A DNA stretch of 64,000 nucleotides from Candidatus Eiseniibacteriota bacterium (GTDB lineage Bacteria > Eisenbacteria > RBG-16-71-46), in NCBI GenBank assembly GCA_036505355.1, contig DASXTP010000102.1:84-64083 (forward strand), read 5' to 3'. The position numbers and the translations under genes were made by a program. Below, one piece after another: positions 58,060-64,000 of the stretch (its first letter is position 1; every line of letters begins with the position of its first letter). The notes below the pieces were generated by a model. That model made no database searches and was not told the origin of the DNA. It saw only the letters and a list, made by a program, of their open reading frames with translations.

Positions 58060-59877
58060 CTACCGGTCGACTTTGAGGACCGCCAAGAACGCCTCCTGAG
58101 GGATCTCGACGGTTCCGATCTGCTTCATACGTCGCTTGCCTTCCTTCTGTTTCTCGAGCAGCTTGCGTTTGCGAGTGATGTCGCCGCCGTAACACTTGGC
58201 GGTGACGTTCTTCCGCAGCGCTCCCAGCGTCTCGCGGGCGATTACCTTGTTGCCCAGGGCGGCCTGGATCGCGACCTGGAACATCTGCTTGGGGATGAGC
58301 TCCTTGAGCTTGGCGGCCAGGTCCCGTCCCCAGTCGTACGCCTTGTCCCGGTGGACGATGGCGGACAGCGCATCTACCGACTCCCCGTTCAGCAGGATAT
58401 CCAGCTTGACCATGTCGCCTTCCCGATATCCGTCGAACTCGTAGTCGAGCGACGCGAAGCCGCGCGACAAGGACTTCAGCCGATCATAGAAGTCGAGCAC
58501 GATCTCGGCCAGGGGCAAACGGTACGCCACCCGCGCCCGCTTCTCTTCGAGATAGTCCAGGCTGACGAAGATCCCGCGCCGTTCCTGGCACAGCTTCATG
58601 ATGTTGCCCAGGTATTCGGCCGGGGTCAGGACGTGAGCCGACACATAGGGCTCTTCCACCGACGCGATCTGCTGGGTCATCGGCATCCGGCTCGGGTTGT
58701 CCACCACCCGCAGCTCTCCATCTTCGAGTCGCACGTGGAATTCCACGCTCGGCGTGGTGGCGATGAGATCGATCTGGTACTCGCGGCGCAGCCGCTCCTG
58801 GACGATCTCCATGTGGAGCAGCCCGAGGAAGCCGCAGCGAAACCCGAAGCCCAACGCCACCGAGGTCTCCGGCTCGTACACCAGGGACGAATCGTTCAAC
58901 GTCAACCGGCTGAGCGCTTCCTTCAGCGGCTCGTACTGCTCCGAGTCGATCGGGTACAGTCCGGAGAACACCATCGATTTCACCTCGCGGAAGCCCGGCA
59001 AGGGCTCCAGGTCCCCACCGTCGGCGGCTCCGATGGTGTCCCCCACCCGCGCTTCGTGGACGGACTTCACCCCCGCCACGATGTAGCCGACCTGGCCGGC
59101 GTGGAGTCGATCCAGGGCTTCCAGCTTGAGGCGCAGGCGCCCGACCTCGGTCACCTCGTAGCGTCGGCCGGTCGACAGCAGCCGGATCGCGTCGCCGGCA
59201 CGCACCTCGCCATCCACCAGGCGCACCAGCGCCACCACACCGCGGTATTGGTCGAACTTCGAGTCGAAGATCAACGCCCGCAGCGGCAGGTCGAGACTCC
59301 CTCCGGGCGCGGGAATGTCCGAGATCACGCGATCGAGCAAGTCCTCGACGCCGAGCCCGGTCTTGGCGCTGATCCTCGCGCATCGCTCGGCCGGCACGCC
59401 GGTCGCATGCTCGATCTCGAGCGCCAGATCGTCCGGCCGCGCCACCGGCAGATCCACTTTGTTGATCGCCCCCACGATCGCCAACCCCTGCTCCCGCGCC
59501 AGAAAATAGTTCGACAGCGTCTGGGCCTCGATCCCTTGCGATGCGTCCACCACCAGGATCGCGCCTTCGCAAGCCGCCAGGCTCCGCGACACCTCGTAGG
59601 TGAAGTCGACGTGCCCCGGGGTATCGATCAGGTTGAGCTGGTAGACCTGTCCGTCCCGAGCCCGGTACTCCATGGCGATGGCGTGCGACTTGATCGTGAT
59701 GCCCTTCTCGCGCTCGAGGTCCATGTCGTCCAGCACCTGAGCCTTCATCTGCTGCGGGGGCAGGGTGCGAGTGATCTCGAGCAGCCGGTCGGCCAGCGTA
59801 CTCTTGCCGTGATCGATGTGAGCGACGATGCAGAAGTTCCGGATGCGGGCAAGCCGTGGGTCGGTCAAAACGCCCAC
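58060..59877 (-). CDS. lepA: Elongation factor 4
   Basis: [35 protein letters not shown]. The start is GTG 59877 or TTG 59868 (overlapping the upstream stop). The 928-aa track ORF is over-extended. Confidence 0.9.
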   Translation of the reverse strand: MGVLTDPRLARIRNFCIVAHIDHGKSTLADRLLEITRTLPPQQMKAQVLDDMDLEREKGITIKSHAIAMEYRARDGQVYQLNLIDTPGHVDFTYEVSRSLAACEGAILVVDASQGIEAQTLSNYFLAREQGLAIVGAINKVDLPVARPDDLALEIEHATGVPAERCARISAKTGLGVEDLLDRVISDIPAPGGSLDLPLRALIFDSKFDQYRGVVALVRLVDGEVRAGDAIRLLSTGRRYEVTEVGRLRLKLEALDRLHAGQVGYIVAGVKSVHEARVGDTIGAADGGDLEPLPGFREVKSMVFSGLYPIDSEQYEPLKEALSRLTLNDSSLVYEPETSVALGFGFRCGFLGLLHMEIVQERLRREYQIDLIATTPSVEFHVRLEDGELRVVDNPSRMPMTQQIASVEEPYVSAHVLTPAEYLGNIMKLCQERRGIFVSLDYLEEKRARVAYRLPLAEIVLDFYDRLKSLSRGFASLDYEFDGYREGDMVKLDILLNGESVDALSAIVHRDKAYDWGRDLAAKLKELIPKQMFQVAIQAALGNKVIARETLGALRKNVTAKCYGGDITRKRKLLEKQKEGKRRMKQIGTVEIPQEAFLAVLKVDR

Positions 59878-60608
59878 CCCAGGGAGATCCGCGCCCCTTG
59901 CGGAGGGTGAACGCCCTCGGGCAGGGCCGGATCGGTCTCGAACTCGGTCTCGAAATGGACGAAGTGAGCGTCCACGTAGGCGTCGACCAGGGCGTAGACG
60001 ATCAGCCCACCGAGCCACCATCGGCGCGTGACGGATTGGTCGAGCCGCGCGTTGTAGGCGGCAACGGCGGCGGAATAGGCGACTTCGTCGGACCCTTGGA
60101 GGGCGTCTGCCTCGTGGCTCAGGCGATCGAGCGCAGCCTCGTCGTCCACGAGCCCGACGATGAGCCCGATTTCGGCCCCCGCGATACCCACCCCCTTGAT
60201 CCACTGTCGATTGTGGAGTTGGCCCCAGCCCGGCACCACCAGGGACCGAAGCATCACCCAGCGCGGCTGATCGAGGGTCGCGACCTTGCGCGGCCCAGCC
60301 GCCCGGGTCGTTCCGGGCGGCAGCCCCTGCGGCGAGCGCGGCCACTGGATGACCTGCGAGCTGTCGGACGATCGCGGCGTCGGCGCGAGGGTCCCTGGGC
60401 TCACCGCGGTCCCGCCCGGCGGAGCCCGGCGGGCCGAATCCGCGGCTGCGCTCTCTGCTCGGCTCGTCGTGTCGCGAGGGGGCGCTGCCGGGGCGGCGGC
60501 GGGCGCGCGGGTCGCTTCCGCAATCGGGCCTCGGGGGCTCACGACGGGAAGCCCGTCGACCCATCCCTGGCCCGCCGCCACTCCCACCCCCACGGCCAGC
60601 CAGGCCAA
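59865..60608 (-). CDS. DUF5683-like membrane/periplasmic protein
   Basis: C-terminal [23 protein letters not shown]...[12 protein letters not shown] resembles the DUF5683 pattern. The start must lie below tRNA-Sec; TTG 60608 is chosen with low certainty. Confidence 0.55.
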   Translation of the reverse strand: MAWLAVGVGVAAGQGWVDGLPVVSPRGPIAEATRAPAAAPAAPPRDTTSRAESAAADSARRAPPGGTAVSPGTLAPTPRSSDSSQVIQWPRSPQGLPPGTTRAAGPRKVATLDQPRWVMLRSLVVPGWGQLHNRQWIKGVGIAGAEIGLIVGLVDDEAALDRLSHEADALQGSDEVAYSAAVAAYNARLDQSVTRRWWLGGLIVYALVDAYVDAHFVHFETEFETDPALPEGVHPPQGARISLGWAF

Positions 60609-60632
60609 AATGCCGATCCCGAGGCAAAACCT

Positions 60633-60730
60633 TGGCGGGAACGCGTGGGAATCGAACCCACCTCGGACGTGATGAACGCCCGACCGCAGGATTTGAAGTC
60701 CCCGGAGGCCACCAGACCCCATTCGCTCCC
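60633..60730 (-). tRNA. selC: tRNA-Sec (anticodon TCA), CCA encoded
   Basis: Reverse complement GGGAGCGAATGGGGTCTGGTGGCCTCCGGGGACTTCAAATCCTGCGGTCGGGCGTTCATCACGTCCGAGGTGGGTTCGATTCCCACGCGTTCCCGCCA. It has a 6-bp D-stem with a 4-nt loop (GGGGTC-TGGT-GGCCTC), anticodon loop CTTCAAA, a long 7-bp variable arm, a 5-bp T-stem and an 8-position acceptor with discriminator G. These are tRNA-Sec hallmarks. Confidence 0.8.
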
Positions 60731-61231
60731 GTCTTGCCATACGTGTCGCCAGTAATAACAGACCCTCGCGCACCGGCGCCAGTTGGCCCGGCGCGGCGGC
60801 GACGGCTTGCAGCCCCAGTTCCGCGCGGCCCGCACGTACAGACCATGAAAAGTGCCGGTAGGTTTTTCCGACCCGGGAAAATCGACCGAGATCACGCGGC
60901 TCACGGATCGCGAGAACCGACGTGATCTCCAGGCCTTCACACCGCGAGAGGGTCGCGGACGTCCACCTATCCCGCGGGGCGGTCGGCCGTTGTGATCCTT
61001 TGCAAAAAGACATCCGGCCCCGACCGGCCCGTTGGCATCGCCCTGGCCTATGTCCGACCCAGACCGGAGCGAAAGTCCGGGACGTGCGGGGATTCGGGCA
61101 TCCCTGGCGCGGTTCCCGGGGTCGCGGGCCTCCTTGCTCTCCCTCCCGGCGATTCTGGCTGCACCCGTTCGAGCAGGCCGCGTGTGCGTAGGTCGCGTCC
61201 CACGGCCACACAAAGGAAGGAGGACTCGTCC

Positions 61232-61816
61232 ATGCGACGGTCCAGGTCTCGCCAGTGGTCTCTTCAGGTTCCGCTTGCCATGGTGTGCTGTGCCCTGTTC
61301 CTGGCTTCGGCCGCAGTCGTCGGCGCGAACCCCAAGGACATCCCTGCCGGTTCGAAGCTCGCCTTCAACTTCAACATGATCGGCTATCCGGCCGGTCAGG
61401 CCTACAACGGCAACTGTGGCGAAGGCCACCGGATCTTCGTGAACCGGGAGGCCAACAATGCCCAGGTGGTGGTCACGAACTCCGGCAGCGGCTGGGAAAT
61501 CCAGGACTGCAACGCCACCCAGGACCACCGCGCCGTGCTGGCAACCAGCCAGGTGAGCAAGTACGACATCTACGTACGCATCCTGGGCAAGCCCGGCGGT
61601 CACATCAACATCTGCGCCGACGAGCTCGTCGACCCTCTAAGTCAGGAAACGCTGTGCCTCCTCGGCACCATCGACCTGACTCGCAGCAGCGGCCAGTCGA
61701 AGTTCCAGCTCGCGCCCTCGACGATGTTCGACGCCAGCCTCTTCGACATCCTCTGGACGGTGGACACGAACAAGGACTTCCGCATCGCCCAGTTCCGAGT
61801 CTACAGCCGCCCATAA
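61232..61816 (+). CDS. Secreted Cys-containing protein (unknown family)
   Basis: ATG 61232 after AAGGAAGGAGG. Signal peptide MRRSRSRQWSLQVPLAMVCCALFLASAAVVGA. 194 aa. Confidence 0.65.
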   Translation: MRRSRSRQWSLQVPLAMVCCALFLASAAVVGANPKDIPAGSKLAFNFNMIGYPAGQAYNGNCGEGHRIFVNREANNAQVVVTNSGSGWEIQDCNATQDHRAVLATSQVSKYDIYVRILGKPGGHINICADELVDPLSQETLCLLGTIDLTRSSGQSKFQLAPSTMFDASLFDILWTVDTNKDFRIAQFRVYSRP

Positions 61817-61840
61817 TCGAAGAACTCCAGCAGCCCCGCC

Positions 61841-61864
61841 GGCCCCGGCTCCCTAGCCGGGGCC
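61841..61864 (+). terminator. Perfect 10-bp stem hairpin downstream of the secreted-protein gene
   Basis: GGCCCCGGCT-CCCT-AGCCGGGGCC, followed by a second small hairpin CCGGGC-CTT-GCCCGG. No T-tract. Confidence 0.45.
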
Positions 61865-62192
61865 CCGGGCCTTGCCCGGCGCGGCGCCACCCGCCGGTCG
61901 CGTGCTTTCGTCCAAGCGGTCGCCGTTCCCTCCCCACCCGATGGGCTCCCCGCTTCCTATTGTCCCCCCCGACACGCCCCATCTGCTCCCTGCCGTGCCC
62001 TTCATGCAGAATGCCAACCCATTGCAGTCTGCGTAGATGCGCCTTCGTCCCGCCTACGAAATCACTATATCATCATAGTCTCTTGTAGTAGAGTTTCTAC
62101 TCGCTACAGCCATCTTCCAATGGCGCGGATGTAGAACTCCCTCGCAGGGCCGCGGCCCGCGCCTCCCTCCCGAACCCATCCCTAGGACTGCA

Positions 62193-64000
62193 ATGCTTCC
62201 GCTCGTAATGGGCCCCGACCCCGTCGTCACCCGTCGCGCCAGCCGGCCCGTGTCGCGCCTCCGCATTGCTGTCGCTGGCGGCTTCTTCCTCTCGGTCATG
62301 AGCGTGACCGCGTTCGCGCCGGACACGAGCTTCGCCGCCGATTCTCCCATCATCTTTACCGCCGTTGGGGACGTCCCCTATGGGGACTCCGAGGTCTCGA
62401 CCTTTCAAGGCGAGATCGAAGATCACAACGTCTATAGCCCGTCGGAATTCTTCGTCCACTTGGGGGACATCTTCAGCGGCAGCGAGAGCTGCGAGGAATT
62501 CCGCTATTCACGCGTCGCCGACATCATGCACATGCTGACGGTGCCGGCGTACGTCATTCCGGGCGACAACGAAACGACCGATTGCTCCAACCCCGGCTCG
62601 GGCTGGCAACTCTGGACCGAGTATTTCCTGCGCTTCGAGGACTATTTCTGCGGGACGCCGCTCACCGAGCGGCAGAGCGGACGGCAGGAGAACTTTGCCT
62701 TCGTCAAGAACGGCGTGCTGTTTTGCGGCATCAACCTGGTCGGCGGTACGAATGACAGCCAGATCCTGGAGGACGACGCCAATTGGGTGACGCAGCAGCT
62801 CCAGGCGAAGAAGCCCAACGTGCGAGCAGCGGTGGTCTTCGCTCAGGCCGGGCCGGGCTCCAACCATTCTATCTTCTTCGACCCGTTCACGACCGCGGCC
62901 TCCTCCTTTGCCAAACCCATCCTCTACCTCCACGGGGATGGACACTCGTGGTTGATGGATCGACCCCTGAGCGGCGCCCAGAACGTGCTGCGCGTGCAGG
63001 TCGAGCGGGCTGGAAACTCCCCACCGCTGCAGGTGACGGTCACGCTGGACACCACCAACCCCTTCCAGTTCAACCGCGATCCGTGGGCGTCGCACACCGC
63101 ATACAACCGGCCGCCGTGCGTCAATGCAGGCCCCGACAAGAGCATCGCGCTGGGACAAAGCGTCACTCTCTCGGGCGCGGCGACGGACAACTGGGTGCCC
63201 TACAACCCGCCCCGCCTCACCTATAGCTGGAGCAAGACGAGCGGCCCAGGGACCGTCACCTTCTCCGCACCCAGCGCGCTTGCGACCTCGGCGAGCTTCA
63301 GCGCCGGCGGCACCTACGTGCTGCGGCTGACGGTCAACGACACCGCGCTCTCGGGAACCGACGACGTGACCGTGGTGGTCGGCAGCTCCGGCACCAACCA
63401 GCCGCCGGTGGCGACCAACGATACCTACGAGGTCGAGACCGACTTGACGTTGAGCGTCACCGCCCCGGGCGTGCTTGCCAACGACTCCGATCCGGAGGGC
63501 GCCCCGCTCACGGCCGCCATGGTGACTCAACCCAGCCACGGCACGCTCTCGCTCGCCAGCAACGGCTCCTTCACCTACACCCCCGCCGCCGGATATTTCG
63601 GCCCCGACGGCTTCACCTACCGGGCGAACGACGGCCTGGCGTCCAGCAACACCGCCACGGTCACGATCAACGTCGGGATCCGATTCGCCACCTTTGCCGC
63701 CAGCCACGACGCCCGGGTCAGTCTCAGCTCACCGACGAGCAACTACGGTACCAGCAGCACGCTGCGGGTCCAGGGCGGCTCCTCCGCCCTCAACAGCTAC
63801 CTCAAGTTCGACGTCAACGTGGGCCCGGTGACGGCCGCGACCTTGCGGCTGTACGTGACCGACGCGAGTCCCGACGGTGGCTCGGTGCACTCCGCGGCCA
63901 ACACCTACGTCGGGAGCACCACGGCGTGGACCGAGACCGGCATCAACTGGAACAATGCTCCGCCCATCTCGAGCCCGGCGCTCGATGCCGCCGGGGCGGT
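62193..64000 (+). CDS. Large secreted multidomain protein: calcineurin-like metallophosphoesterase, PKD/Ig-like, cadherin-like/bacterial Ig and DNRLRE-like domains (runs off the window end)
   Basis: Own translation from ATG 62193 is open to position 64000. Motifs FTAVGDVPYG, FFVHLGDIFSG, YVIPGDNE, LHGDGHSW; then VNAGPDKSIALGQSVTLSGAATD..YSWSKTSGPGTVTFS; then PPVATNDTYEVETD..ANDSDPEGAPLTA..GSFTYTPAAGYFGPDGFTYRANDG; then SPTSNYGTSSTLRV..YLKFDV. Track ORF 62508..63707 (-) is its antisense shadow. Confidence 0.8.
   Translation, partial: MLPLVMGPDPVVTRRASRPVSRLRIAVAGGFFLSVMSVTAFAPDTSFAADSPIIFTAVGDVPYGDSEVSTFQGEIEDHNVYSPSEFFVHLGDIFSGSESCEEFRYSRVADIMHMLTVPAYVIPGDNETTDCSNPGSGWQLWTEYFLRFEDYFCGTPLTERQSGRQENFAFVKNGVLFCGINLVGGTNDSQILEDDANWVTQQLQAKKPNVRAAVVFAQAGPGSNHSIFFDPFTTAASSFAKPILYLHGDGHSWLMDRPLSGAQNVLRVQVERAGNSPPLQVTVTLDTTNPFQFNRDPWASHTAYNRPPCVNAGPDKSIALGQSVTLSGAATDNWVPYNPPRLTYSWSKTSGPGTVTFSAPSALATSASFSAGGTYVLRLTVNDTALSGTDDVTVVVGSSGTNQPPVATNDTYEVETDLTLSVTAPGVLANDSDPEGAPLTAAMVTQPSHGTLSLASNGSFTYTPAAGYFGPDGFTYRANDGLASSNTATVTINVGIRFATFAASHDARVSLSSPTSNYGTSSTLRVQGGSSALNSYLKFDVNVGPVTAATLRLYVTDASPDGGSVHSAANTYVGSTTAWTETGINWNNAPPISSPALDAAGA

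Noticed and set aside
61071-61081. GAAAGTCCGGG, identical to the RNase P RNA P4 core
   Set aside because: It is an isolated 11-mer without any of the other conserved RNase P regions. The real rnpB is at 39722-40136.
59865-61211. 448-aa ORF upstream of lepA
   Set aside because: It runs straight through a well-folded tRNA-Sec (60633-60730). Only the part below the tRNA resembles a real (DUF5683-like) protein.

Overview
High-GC (by eye about 70%) chromosomal segment of a diderm bacterium. Lineage is not determinable from the sequence alone; the DUF5683-like, TamB-like and TolB/Omp85-fusion genes hint at an FCB-group or Gemmatimonadota-like organism. Nearly all core genes lie on the minus strand in tightly packed, often start/stop-overlapping operons: gatA/gatC, uvrD, an outer-membrane biogenesis block (Omp85 fusion, TamB-like, TamA/BamA-like, rseP), two glycosyltransferases, dxr-cdsA-uppS-frr-pyrH-tsf-rpsB, rpsI-rplM, maf-dtd, relA/spoT-recJ, RNase P RNA, rnhA, a hybrid histidine kinase, a patatin-like lipase, a zinc-ribbon protein, tRNA-Val and tRNA-Met, rpoD-dnaG, mutS2, cvpA, rpsU, rsmE, dnaJ-grpE-hrcA, hemW, lepB, lepA, a DUF5683-like gene and tRNA-Sec. 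The window ends with two plus-strand secreted-protein genes. Most long plus-strand ORFs in the track are high-GC shadow ORFs. The one clearly accessory region is an ~11.6 kb insertion (about 3308-14900) between uvrD and the Omp85-fusion gene. It carries a large serine recombinase with a translationally coupled RHH gene. It also has a Zn-finger/Toprim/AAA_25 primase-helicase followed directly by a helically phased array of TTTCCGCC iterons around a TTAA palindrome, plus small HTH genes. Its cargo is three tandem paralogous small secreted proteins, a fourth secreted protein, and a lower-GC 2TM-protein plus cytoplasmic trypsin-like protease pair. No capsid, tail, large-terminase or conjugation genes are visible. 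I read it as a candidate phage-satellite-like or other replicative integrative element with a possible defence cargo. All calls come from reading the sequence and the ORF track; no searches were run.
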